DNA of 64,000 nt, from NCBI GenBank assembly GCA_963779755.1, contig CAVZZO010000003.1, positions 480,001 to 544,000 on the forward strand, in the 5' to 3' direction. Shown one piece after another: positions 10,721 through 19,706 of this stretch (position 1 is the stretch's first letter; the number at the start of each line of letters is the position of its first letter). This DNA is from an uncultured Gemmatimonadales bacterium (GTDB lineage Bacteria; Gemmatimonadota; Gemmatimonadetes; Gemmatimonadales; GWC2-71-9). The translations under genes were made by a program, and so were the position numbers. The notes beneath the pieces are model-generated. The model had not been told where the DNA came from and did not search any database. It saw only the letters and a program-made list of their open reading frames with translations.

Positions 10721-10790
10721 ATGACTAATGACTAATGACTAATGACTAATGACTAATGACTAATGACTAATGACTAGCGACTAGCGACCA
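10721..10790. repeat. Heptamer array ATGACTA x8 + GCGACTA + GCGACCA
   Basis: Read directly; overlaps the DUF4112 stop; same family as 5503-5583. Confidence 0.95.
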
Positions 10791-11240
10791 CACCTCCCCC
10801 AGCAACCAGACCCCCGCCCACGCCGCCAGGCCCAACAGCGCCAACATTCCACCCACCACTCCACTCAGCACCCACCGGCTCGCGCGCCGCGCGTTCGCCG
10901 GATTCGCCAGGAACTGTTCCAGCAGCTTCCGGTTCCGCGTGTTCGCCTTCCAGGCGAAATCGAAAACATCGCCCAGGAGCGGGACCATGCCCACCAGGGT
11001 GTCTATCCCGATGTTGAGCAGCATCCGGAGCAGAATGGCCGGGGGTGCGCCGATCGAGACCCCCACCACGAACCCATAGGCCGAGATGATCCCGCCGGCC
11101 AGATCTCCCAGGCCCGGAATGAGGCCGATGATCCCGTCGAGCCCGATGCGGAAGCCGGTACCGGGAATCGGCACCGCCTCGTCCATGAGCCGGGCGAGTC
11201 GGCGGAAGTGCTGCAGCCTGCGGGCCAGGATCTGGCTCAC
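10767..11240 (-). CDS. DUF4112 membrane protein
   Basis: LARLMDEAVPIPGTGFRIGLDGIIGLIPGLGD, GDVFDFAWKAN. Confidence 0.88.
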   Translation of the reverse strand: MSQILARRLQHFRRLARLMDEAVPIPGTGFRIGLDGIIGLIPGLGDLAGGIISAYGFVVGVSIGAPPAILLRMLLNIGIDTLVGMVPLLGDVFDFAWKANTRNRKLLEQFLANPANARRASRWVLSGVVGGMLALLGLAAWAGVWLLGEVWSLVASH

Positions 11241-11276
11241 CGTCCTCCCCGGGATGTTGCACTAGGTTCCTGGTCC

Positions 11277-12986
11277 ATGGGACCCCCATTCCGCCGCCCC
11301 CGCTTCGGATGGGCGATGCTGCTGGCGGCCACTCTGGCGTTCGGCACCGGACTGCTCCAGGCGGCCTGGCTGGCCTGGCGGCTCCACGTCCGCCACCGGC
11401 TCATCTGGCGGGGTCCGGACTACCTGTGGATGTCACCCGCCTCCTATCTCCTGCCCTTCCTGGCGCTCGCCCTGGCCAGCTGGGCGGTACTCGCGCTGGT
11501 TTGGTGGAAATGGCCGGCCATCGACGGCCGGCGCATCCTGGGCGGGATTCTCCTCTTCGCCGCCACCCTGTCGCTGACGCTGCTCATTCCCAACATGCAC
11601 CCCCTGGCACAGGTGCTCCTGGCCCTGGGGTTGGCCTGGGCCGGCAGCCGACTGGTATCCCGGGCGCCAGTCCGGCGGCTCGCCGCGCTGGCCCTGGGGA
11701 TGGCCGCCCTGATCGTTGTGCCGGCCGCCGGAAGTGAGTTCCGCGACGCGCGGCGCCACCGGGCCGCCATGGCCGCACTGCCCGAGGCACCGCCCGGCGC
11801 TCCCAGCATCCTGCTCATCATTCTGGACACCGTCCGTGCCGCAAGCCTGAGCCTCTACGGCTATCATCGCCCGACCACGCCCGCACTGGAGCGCTGGGCC
11901 CGCCAGGGCGTGGTTTTCGACTATGCCGTCAGCCCCGCTCCCTGGACGCTCACCTCGCACGCGAGCATGTTCACCGGCCACCGGGCTGCCGAGCTTTCGG
12001 CCGACTGGACCAGGCCGCTGGATGCAACATTCCCCACCCTGGCCGAAGTGTTGCGGGACCAGGGGTATTTCACCGCCGGGTTCGTCGCCAACACCTATTA
12101 CGCGGGGTGGGATTCCGGCCTCGATCGCGGTTTTGTGGAGTATCACGCCTATCAGCGCACCCTGGAACAGGTGCTCTGGTCGAGCACCCTGGCCCAGACC
12201 AATCTGGCCAAGTCCCTGCTCTGGAGCAGCGGCTGGGGCGACGTGCGGCACGCCCTGCTGCACCCCGACCTGACCATGGACCCGCTGCGCCTGGCCGACC
12301 GGAAGCGGGCGACCAGGGTTACCGACGAGTTTCTCACCTGGCAGGGGCAGCACGGGAAGCGTCCGTTCTTTGCCTTTCTGAACTACTTCGACGCTCATGA
12401 GGCGTACAAGCCGCCGCCCCGCTATCGCCACTTGTTCGCCGCCAGGCCGGACAAGCGTGATCTCTACGAGAGCTGCATCCGCTACCTCGACGACGAGCTC
12501 GACCGGCTGCTCACCACTCTGCAGCGGCGGGGGGTGCTCGACCGGACCATCGTGGTGATCGCCAGCGACCATGGCGAATACCTGGGCGAGCATGGGCTCT
12601 GGGGCCACGGCAAGGGTATGCACCTGGAGGTCCTGCACGTCCCGCTCGTCCTGCGCTATCCCGCCCATGTGCCGGCCGGCCGGCGGGTGGAGCACGTCGT
12701 CTCGCTTCAGAATCTTCCCGCCACCTTGCTGGCGCTGGCGGGCAGCCCGGCGGCGCTTCCGGGAGCATCGCTGAGCCGCGCCTGGGATAGTTCCGCGGCC
12801 CTGCCGGACTCGGCCGTCGCCAGCACTACCTACTACGAAGACGGCTGGCTGCCGCGAGCCCGCCAGCGCTGGATCGAGGCGGTCGTCACCGATTCCACCC
12901 ACCGGATCATCCAATCGGACGGGAGGCAGGAGCTGTACCGCTACCGGGGTGATCCGGGGGAAGTCACGAATCTTGCACCCAGGTGA
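11277..12986 (+). CDS. Membrane-anchored sulfatase-like hydrolase/transferase (alkaline phosphatase superfamily)
   Basis: N-terminal TM helices; ILDTVRA, WTLTSHASMFTG, NYFDAHEAY, SDHGE, HG. Confidence 0.85.
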   Translation: MGPPFRRPRFGWAMLLAATLAFGTGLLQAAWLAWRLHVRHRLIWRGPDYLWMSPASYLLPFLALALASWAVLALVWWKWPAIDGRRILGGILLFAATLSLTLLIPNMHPLAQVLLALGLAWAGSRLVSRAPVRRLAALALGMAALIVVPAAGSEFRDARRHRAAMAALPEAPPGAPSILLIILDTVRAASLSLYGYHRPTTPALERWARQGVVFDYAVSPAPWTLTSHASMFTGHRAAELSADWTRPLDATFPTLAEVLRDQGYFTAGFVANTYYAGWDSGLDRGFVEYHAYQRTLEQVLWSSTLAQTNLAKSLLWSSGWGDVRHALLHPDLTMDPLRLADRKRATRVTDEFLTWQGQHGKRPFFAFLNYFDAHEAYKPPPRYRHLFAARPDKRDLYESCIRYLDDELDRLLTTLQRRGVLDRTIVVIASDHGEYLGEHGLWGHGKGMHLEVLHVPLVLRYPAHVPAGRRVEHVVSLQNLPATLLALAGSPAALPGASLSRAWDSSAALPDSAVASTTYYEDGWLPRARQRWIEAVVTDSTHRIIQSDGRQELYRYRGDPGEVTNLAPR

Positions 12987-13126
12987 TCGGGTCCCTTCAA
13001 GCTTCGACCGGCTTGCCCTGATTCCACTCCTGCAACCATACCAGGAGCGGCTGGCAGCACTCCACTACGGCCCCGGCAAGAAGGTCCCGTGGAGGGCCCT
13101 GACTCCCGATTCCTGCTCCCTGATTC

Positions 13127-13573
13127 CTACTGCTTGATCAGCGTAGCATCCAGTGTTGCGGCCTCGTCGCCGCTGCCGAAATCGAAGGTCAGCCCCTGGG
13201 TAAAGTGGACGGTGAGGGTGTTGCCGTTGACCGAGAAGGTACCGGAGGTCACCTCATTGGTGGCGTCGGTCAGGGTGATCGCATTGCCGTTCACCGTTGC
13301 CGTTCCGGTCGCCGTATCCGGGCTGATCCCCTGGGTGGTGGTCACGGCGGTGTAGCCGCCCGAAGCATCGAAGGTGAGTTCGATGCCCAGACCGGAGGCG
13401 ATGCCGTCGATGGTATTGGACGGGTTGGCCTGAGAAGTAAGGGTGATCTGGGTTGCATCCCAGGTTCCGACCAGTGCACTCACACTGGGCCCGGTGGGCT
13501 TGTCGCTGCTGCAGGCGGCGCCGAGCAGGAGCAGGGAGGCCAGGGCAAGCCTCCGCGGAACGGTGGTGGGCAT
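13127..13573 (-). CDS. Lipoprotein, lipocalin-like beta fold
   Basis: Lipobox LGAAC; LVGTW; GGAGG RBS. Confidence 0.7.
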   Translation of the reverse strand: MPTTVPRRLALASLLLLGAACSSDKPTGPSVSALVGTWDATQITLTSQANPSNTIDGIASGLGIELTFDASGGYTAVTTTQGISPDTATGTATVNGNAITLTDATNEVTSGTFSVNGNTLTVHFTQGLTFDFGSGDEAATLDATLIKQ

Positions 13574-13730
13574 GGGGGGTGCCTCCTATTCCAGAGCTGA
13601 ATTGCCGGTGCGGGCCGGCCAAGGACCGCTGCACCGTGGGGTTTTCCAACTTAGAACCCGCCCGCCCGAAAGGAAACCGGGGTACAGAACCAGGGCCGCA
13701 TACGGAGCGGGCCGCCCGGCCCCCCCCCCG

Positions 13731-13797
13731 AATCCTGACTCCTCACTCCTCCTCCCTTGTCCCTTGTCCCTCGTCCCTCGTCCCTTGTCCCTTGCCC
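13731..13797. repeat. Heptamer array TCCCT(T/C)G upstream of rpsF
   Basis: About 6 units TCCCTTG/TCCCTCG preceded by TCCTGAC/TCCTCAC. Confidence 0.8.
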
Positions 13798-13888
13798 CCC
13801 TTGGGTTTACCTTCCCGCCCGTCAGCCAATTCTCCTCCTCGGTCTCACACCGGAACCGGGGCAGATTCACCGACCGAAGGAAGGTGTC

Positions 13889-14227
13889 ATGACCCGCCTG
13901 TACGAGGTGGTCTATATCTTCGACAGTGCCCTCGAAGAGACCGCCATCAATGAAAAACTCGAGCGGTTCCACCAGTTGGTCAGCCTGGGCGACGACAAGG
14001 CCCCCGAGCTGAACCACTGGGGCAAGCGCACCCTGGCCTACCCCATCGCCAAGCACGAGACCGGCTATTACGTCATCGCCAAGTTCGAGACCTCGGGCGA
14101 AAAGCTCCCCGAGTTCGAGCGGGCGGTGAAGCTGGACGATGGCGTCCTCCGGTTCCTCGTTGTCCTGAGTGAAGGCGAACAGACCGCCCCGGTGGGCGGC
14201 AAGTCGGACGAGGAGGACGAGGAATGA
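13889..14227 (+). CDS. rpsF: 30S ribosomal protein S6
   Basis: [22 protein letters not shown]. Confidence 0.95.
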   Translation: MTRLYEVVYIFDSALEETAINEKLERFHQLVSLGDDKAPELNHWGKRTLAYPIAKHETGYYVIAKFETSGEKLPEFERAVKLDDGVLRFLVVLSEGEQTAPVGGKSDEEDEE

Positions 14228-14445
14228 AACGGGCCCAGAAGGTCTGCCCCATCTGCGAGACCAGCGTCCGCGTGGTGGATTACAAGGACGAGCGGCTCCT
14301 GTCCCGCTTCCTCACGGAACGGGGCAAGATCCTGCCGCGCCGGCTCTCGGGCTGCTGCGCCCGGCACCAGCGGCAGCTGAGCACCGCCATCAAGCGCGCC
14401 CGCGAGCTCGCCATTCTGCCCTACATCAAGGGCCATATCGGCTGA
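14224..14445 (+). CDS. rpsR: 30S ribosomal protein S18 (Zn-binding C+ form)
   Basis: [23 protein letters not shown]. Confidence 0.97.
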   Translation: MKRAQKVCPICETSVRVVDYKDERLLSRFLTERGKILPRRLSGCCARHQRQLSTAIKRARELAILPYIKGHIG

Positions 14446-14462
14446 ACGGCACGCGTCCGGCA

Positions 14463-15434
14463 ATGGCGCCCCCCGCCCCCGTTCCTGCCCGGGCTCCGGG
14501 CCGGACGGCCGGCACGGCTCTGGCCGTGATCGGGTTCTTCCTGATCTCGCCAACGCCCCTGCTGCTGTTCGGGCCGCTGACGGCGCTGCTCCTGGCGGCG
14601 CGGCCCGTCAGCGGGCGCGAGTGGTGGTGGCTGGCCGGGTCCGCCACGGTGCTCGGCCTTTGGCTGGGGGCGCCTGCGGGGACGGTCGATCAGGTCGCCA
14701 ATGCCGCCGCGGTGCTGCTGAGCGGCGCCTGGCTGGTGCTGGCCTGGAAGGGTAGCGGCCCCGCCGCCCGGCGCGTGGCCTGGGCAGTGGGATTCGCCGG
14801 CTCCGCCCTGGTCTTCTGGTGCGCGGTCTGGGGCATCGGCTGGGCCGAGATCTCCTTCTCGCTGGTGCGGGAGTGGCGCCAGTTCGCCGGGCTCCTGCTG
14901 GATCAGAGCGGGGCCGGCGGGCCCGCCGCCGAGTTCCTGCAGCAGGTGATGGCGGCGGCGGGCCCCATGGCGCGGCTCTTCCCCGCCCGCCTCATTCTGG
15001 GAGGCACGCTGGGAACCCTGCTCGCGGCGGGGTGGCATCACCGGATCTCGGCGCATCCGGTGGGGCCGGCGCCGGGAAGCTTCGGCGAGTTCCGCTTCCC
15101 CGATGCCGTGGTCTGGCTGCTGATCGCGGCCATCGCAGTGCTGGTGCTGCCGGAGACACTGCAGCACCTGGCCAATCGACCCACCGTGGGGCCGCCACCC
15201 GCCATCCGGCTGGGCGCGCTCAACCTGCTGGTGGTCTGTGCGGCCCTCTACGGTGTGCGGGGTATGGCCGTGCTGGCGCGGCTCTTACACCCCGGCAACA
15301 TGGCGATCGTGTTCGCCTTTGTCGTGCTGCTTCTGTTACCTTTTACCCTGATAGGTCTGGCAGGACTGGGCCTGGCCGACACCTGGGTGGATTTCCGGCG
15401 GCGCCTGGAGCGCCGCTCGCTGGAGGATGAATGA
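14463..15434 (+). CDS. DUF2232/YybS-like membrane protein
   Basis: Multi-TM; GLADTWVDFRRR C-terminus; lies between rpsR and rplI. Confidence 0.75.
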   Translation: MAPPAPVPARAPGRTAGTALAVIGFFLISPTPLLLFGPLTALLLAARPVSGREWWWLAGSATVLGLWLGAPAGTVDQVANAAAVLLSGAWLVLAWKGSGPAARRVAWAVGFAGSALVFWCAVWGIGWAEISFSLVREWRQFAGLLLDQSGAGGPAAEFLQQVMAAAGPMARLFPARLILGGTLGTLLAAGWHHRISAHPVGPAPGSFGEFRFPDAVVWLLIAAIAVLVLPETLQHLANRPTVGPPPAIRLGALNLLVVCAALYGVRGMAVLARLLHPGNMAIVFAFVVLLLLPFTLIGLAGLGLADTWVDFRRRLERRSLEDE

Positions 15435-15880
15435 TCGAGCTCATTCTGCGGGAAGATGTCAAACACCTGGGCAAGGCCGGCCAGGTAGTCAAGGTGAAAC
15501 CGGGCTACGCCCGTAATTTCCTGCTGCCGCACGGGTTGGCGTACGAAGCGACCGAAGGCAACAAGAAGCGCATCCAGGCCGAATCCCGCGCCCGGAATGT
15601 GCGCCTCGCCGCCGAGAAGAACGAAGCCGAGGCCGTGGCGGCCCGGCTCAACGAGGTCACGCTCAGCATCCCGGGCAACGCGGGCGAAGAGGGTCGCCTC
15701 TTCGGCTCCGTCACCGCCCAGGATATCGCCACCGAGCTCAACGCGCTGGGCCACAGGATCGACCGCCGGCGCATCGACCTGGAGCATCCGCTCAAGACCC
15801 TGGGCGACCACTCGGTGTCCATCCGCCTGCACCCTGAAGTGGAGGCGACCATCCGGGTAACGATCGTTCCCCAGGGCTAA
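15431..15880 (+). CDS. rplI: 50S ribosomal protein L9
   Basis: LGKAGQVVKVKPGYARNFLLP, LFGSVT. Confidence 0.97.
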   Translation: MIELILREDVKHLGKAGQVVKVKPGYARNFLLPHGLAYEATEGNKKRIQAESRARNVRLAAEKNEAEAVAARLNEVTLSIPGNAGEEGRLFGSVTAQDIATELNALGHRIDRRRIDLEHPLKTLGDHSVSIRLHPEVEATIRVTIVPQG

Positions 15881-15892
15881 CCGGGCGCCCGG

Positions 15893-17719
15893 GTGGGGAT
15901 CACCTACGTCGACGGGCCCCGCCTGGCCCGGTCGCTGTTCGCCGCGTCCGACTGGGTCGCGGCTGGCCGCGAAGAGATCAACCGGATCAACGTCTTCCCC
16001 GTCCCCGACGGGGATACCGGCACCAATTTCAGCCTGACCCTCCGTTCCGTCGCCGACGCGCTCCGCGCGCTCGGCGACGCGTCGCTTCCGGACACCGCCG
16101 AGGCCATGGCTCGCGGCGCGGTGTTGGGGGCACGCGGCAATTCGGGCATGATGCTGGCCCATTTCCTCCTCGGCTTCGCCGATGCACTCCGCACCCGCGA
16201 GACGGCGGGCGTGCAGGATATCGCCCACGCGATCCGCCGGGGGGTGGAGCGGCTCTACACCTCCATCGACGAGCCGCGGGAAGGCACCATCCTCACCGTG
16301 GCGCGCGAGGCCGCCGAGGCTGCCGAGCGGGCGGCGGTGGATGTGGACGATATCCGCATCTTCATGCGGCGCATGCTGGAGGAGGGCGAAGCGGCCCTGG
16401 CCCGCACGCCCGAGCTGATGGAAGTCCTGAGGGAGGCGGGTGTGGTGGATGCCGGCGGCAAGGGCTTCGTCCGTATGATTGAAGGCGTGGTTCGCTTCAT
16501 CGAGGGCGACCCCATCCTGCCGGCCGCCGATTTCGCGCCGGAGAGCACCAGCCCGGCAGCGGAGGTCGAGGTGGCCGCCGAGCGCGACTACCAGTTCTGT
16601 ACCGAGGTGCTGGTACGGGGCGAGCAGCTGCCTGCGGCCAACGAGGCGCGTCAGAAGATGCGGCAGTTCGGCGGCTCGCTGGTGGTGCTGGTGGCGGGCG
16701 ACCTGCTCAAGATCCATGTGCATACCGACACCCCCGACGCGGTCTTCACCTCCGCCGCGCGCTGGGGCACCATCCAGAGCACCAAGGCCGACGATATGCG
16801 CGCCCAGCACCGCGCGCTGGGCCACACCGACCGCCGCCCGGTTGCCATCGTCACCGACAGTTCCGCCGATCTCGCCGACGCGGTGCTCGACCGGCATCAC
16901 ATCGCCCTGGTGCCGCTGCAGGTCATGTTCGGCGACCAGGTCTTCCAGGACCGGGTGGAGCTCAAGCCGCAGGAGTTCTATCGCCGGCTGCGGCAGGCGA
17001 AGCAGCTGCCCACGACCTCGCAGCCCGCGCCGGCCGAGTTCGTGCGGGTCTTCCGCGACGCCCTGAGCGAGGCGGACGAAGTCGTGGCCGTCCTGCTCGC
17101 CTCCCAGCTCTCCGGCACCTATCAGTCGGCCCAGGCCTCCCTGCGCGCCGCGACCCTGCAGGGCGTCCACCTGGTCGACAGCGCCAGCGCCTCCCTCGGG
17201 GTGGGCCTCCTGGCCCTGCGGGCCGCGGAGCTGGCCGAGAGCGGCTGGCGCGCCACCGACATCGCCCGGGAGCTGGAGCGGCTGCGGGGCCAGTCGGGCT
17301 GTTTCATCACGGTGGACCGGTTCGACAATCTCATCCGCTCCGGCCGGGTCACCCGGGGCAAGGCCTGGCTGGCAGGCATGCTGGATGTGAAGCCCATCCT
17401 GACGCTCGATAGCGCCGGACGGGTCCAGCCGCTCGACCGGGTGCGCGGCAAGGAGAACGTGGTCCCGCGGGTGCTGGCGCTGCTGGAGAAACGGCTCACC
17501 CCCCGCCCCAAGGCGATCCGCTTCGGCGTCGTGCATGCCGAGGCGCCGGAGATGGCCGAGCGGGTCCGCACCGCCCTGGTCGCGGCCTACCGGCCGCGGG
17601 ACTGCTTCGTCTCGCTGGCCACCGGCGTCCTGGGGACGCATGTGGGGGAGGGGGCATGGGCGATATTTTACATGGTGGAGGACGGCGGGCCGTCACGGAC
17701 GGCGCCCCGTACGGACTGA
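15893..17719 (+). CDS. DAK2 (FakA-like)-DegV (FakB-like) fusion protein
   Basis: NVFPVPDGDTGTN, GARGNSG, VVDAGG, KIHVHT; then IVTDSSAD, TTSQP, LSGTYQSA, LGTHVG. Confidence 0.9.
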   Translation: MGITYVDGPRLARSLFAASDWVAAGREEINRINVFPVPDGDTGTNFSLTLRSVADALRALGDASLPDTAEAMARGAVLGARGNSGMMLAHFLLGFADALRTRETAGVQDIAHAIRRGVERLYTSIDEPREGTILTVAREAAEAAERAAVDVDDIRIFMRRMLEEGEAALARTPELMEVLREAGVVDAGGKGFVRMIEGVVRFIEGDPILPAADFAPESTSPAAEVEVAAERDYQFCTEVLVRGEQLPAANEARQKMRQFGGSLVVLVAGDLLKIHVHTDTPDAVFTSAARWGTIQSTKADDMRAQHRALGHTDRRPVAIVTDSSADLADAVLDRHHIALVPLQVMFGDQVFQDRVELKPQEFYRRLRQAKQLPTTSQPAPAEFVRVFRDALSEADEVVAVLLASQLSGTYQSAQASLRAATLQGVHLVDSASASLGVGLLALRAAELAESGWRATDIARELERLRGQSGCFITVDRFDNLIRSGRVTRGKAWLAGMLDVKPILTLDSAGRVQPLDRVRGKENVVPRVLALLEKRLTPRPKAIRFGVVHAEAPEMAERVRTALVAAYRPRDCFVSLATGVLGTHVGEGAWAIFYMVEDGGPSRTAPRTD

Positions 17720-17756
17720 AGCACTCAGCGCGAACGCGGTTCGCAGGAGCACGACC

Positions 17757-18128
17757 ATCAAGACGCCACCCAGGGAACGACATCCCATCCCGGCCGAACT
17801 GCGGGTTGCCATCGAGGCCATGGAGGACCGGAAGGCGCGGGACCTGACGGTGCTGGATCTGCGGGGCCTGAGCGATGCCAGCGATTTCTTTCTGATTGCC
17901 ACCGGCACCTCGGATACCCACGTGCGCGGCATCGCCGATGCCGTACTCGACGCCATGCAGCGCCACGGCTGGCGGGCCCACCACATCGAGGGCCTCACCA
18001 CCGGCCGCTGGGTGCTGCTCGATTACGTGGACTTCGTAATCCACCTCTTCCATCCCGAAACCCGGTCGTTCTACCAGCTGGAGCGGCTGTGGAGCGATGC
18101 ACCGGCGTTGCAGGCGGGTGGGCGGTAA
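17757..18128 (+). CDS. rsfS: Ribosome silencing factor (start uncertain, possibly ATC)
   Basis: DRKARDLTVLDL, DFFLIATG, WVLLDYVDFVIHLF, FYQLERLWSD. Confidence 0.9.
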   Translation: MKTPPRERHPIPAELRVAIEAMEDRKARDLTVLDLRGLSDASDFFLIATGTSDTHVRGIADAVLDAMQRHGWRAHHIEGLTTGRWVLLDYVDFVIHLFHPETRSFYQLERLWSDAPALQAGGR

Positions 18129-18142
18129 CGGTATTTTCTATC

Positions 18143-19510
18143 GTGCCGCCCCGTAAAATCCCCTCCAGCGCCCTCGTGGCGCTGCTCGTCGTCGCCTGCC
18201 ACCAGGCTCCGCACCGGAACCAGATCGTTCTGGCGAGCCCCACGGCACCCGCCTCGCTGCTGCGGCTCCCCCGCAGCGGAGGCAACGCGGTTCTCTACCA
18301 TCTGCCCGACCTGAAACCCGCCGGCTGGCAGAGTCGCGAGGAGCTTCCCGAACTGACCGGCGTCCTGGGCGCCAACCTCGACCAGCAGACCGTCTACGCC
18401 CAGAGCAAGCGGCACCAGATCGTCAGCCTGGAGTTGGACAACGGGCGGACCGCCACCGTGCTCGACGGCGTCCGCTCCGCCGTGACGGGGCCCGACGGCG
18501 TCCTCTATGCCGTGCGGGACAGCAACACCGTCACCATGGTGCGCCACCGCACTCCGGTGCGCCTGCGCGGCCGGCTGCCGGCCGCGCCCGACGCCCTCTA
18601 CGGCACCCTGTCCGACGATCTCATCGCGGCGATCGGCGGCAAGTCGCCCCGGCTGGTCATCCTGACCACCGACGACTCCGCCACCACTGTCGCCGTCCCC
18701 GCGGGGACCACCGCCGCCACCTACTGGGGCGACCTGGTCGCCATTGCGGCCGATAGCGCCCTGGTGCTCTACTCCCCCTCCGGCACGTCGCCTTTCCTCA
18801 GCGTCGACGCGGGAAACCACGTGCGGGGGGTGAGCTTCTCCCCCTCCGGGCACCGCATCTACGTCGCCCGCGAATCGCACGATGTGGGCGTCATCGACCG
18901 CTTCACCCGCAGGGCGCTGCATTCGATCGACCTGCCCGGCTCCCCCGTCGACTTCCGGCTCGACCCCGCCGGGCGCTGGCTACTGGCCCGGCCGGCCGGC
19001 ATCGATTCGGTCTACGTGGTGGACCTCTCCATCGGCGAGTACCTGGACAGCTGGGAGACCCGCTGGACCGGCGATCTCCCCGCCGTGGCCGGCGACGGCA
19101 CGCTGCTGCTGGCCCAGGGGAAGAATCTCATCGCGCACGACCTGACGGCCGACGCCTGGCCCGAGACCGGCCGCCTCCAGGGCGGCGCCGACGATCTCTG
19201 GCTGGGCCTGGCCTGGACGCCCGAAGGCGGCACCCGCCCGGTACCGGCCCAGGATACCACCCTGGCCTCGGCCGACACGACGGAGGCCCGGGTCTATCTC
19301 CAGGTGAGCAGTTCCCAGAACAGCGCCTGGGCCGAGGATCTGGCGAACAAGCTGCGCCAGGCCGGCCTGCCGTCCTCCGTGCTCGACCCGCGCCAGGAAG
19401 GCGACGGCTACCGGGTAGTACTCGGCCCCTATGCCTCTCGCGATGAGGCCGAGGCCGCGGGCAAGAAGCTCGGCCGCCCCTTTTTCATCTACCAGCCGAG
19501 CACGCAGTAA
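18143..19510 (+). CDS. Lipoprotein with beta-propeller and C-terminal SPOR domain
   Basis: Lipobox LVVAC; YLQVSS and YRVVLGPYASRDEA SPOR motifs. Confidence 0.75.
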   Translation: MPPRKIPSSALVALLVVACHQAPHRNQIVLASPTAPASLLRLPRSGGNAVLYHLPDLKPAGWQSREELPELTGVLGANLDQQTVYAQSKRHQIVSLELDNGRTATVLDGVRSAVTGPDGVLYAVRDSNTVTMVRHRTPVRLRGRLPAAPDALYGTLSDDLIAAIGGKSPRLVILTTDDSATTVAVPAGTTAATYWGDLVAIAADSALVLYSPSGTSPFLSVDAGNHVRGVSFSPSGHRIYVARESHDVGVIDRFTRRALHSIDLPGSPVDFRLDPAGRWLLARPAGIDSVYVVDLSIGEYLDSWETRWTGDLPAVAGDGTLLLAQGKNLIAHDLTADAWPETGRLQGGADDLWLGLAWTPEGGTRPVPAQDTTLASADTTEARVYLQVSSSQNSAWAEDLANKLRQAGLPSSVLDPRQEGDGYRVVLGPYASRDEAEAAGKKLGRPFFIYQPSTQ

Positions 19511-19522
19511 AAGGAACTGCGG

Positions 19523-19683
19523 TTCACCGCGAAGGCGCGAAGAACGCAAAGTTCGCGGAGAAAATGGTGGAACGTCGAGCCTCAGTTGAAGAGCATGCGA
19601 GTCCCGGCTGATCGTTTTCGTTAACCAGTCCCCGTCGCGGAGTCCTCTTGGGCTGTCTTGGCCGATTTCGCGTCTTCGCGGTA
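19523..19683. repeat. REP-like inverted repeat
   Basis: ACCGCGAAGGCGCGAA ... TTCGCGTCTTCGCGGT; an exact reverse complement of the left arm recurs at 48180-48195. Confidence 0.75.
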
Positions 19684-19706
19684 CACTCTATTATCGGAAC
19701 CAGCCC

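Noticed and set aside
12990..13100. Protein-like fragment LALIPLLQPYQERLAALHYGPGKKVPW
   Set aside because: No start or RBS; cannot be assigned without a search
13820..13888. S6:S18 autoregulatory leader upstream of rpsF
   Set aside because: CCG motifs are present but the fold could not be confirmed by eye; needs a covariance-model search
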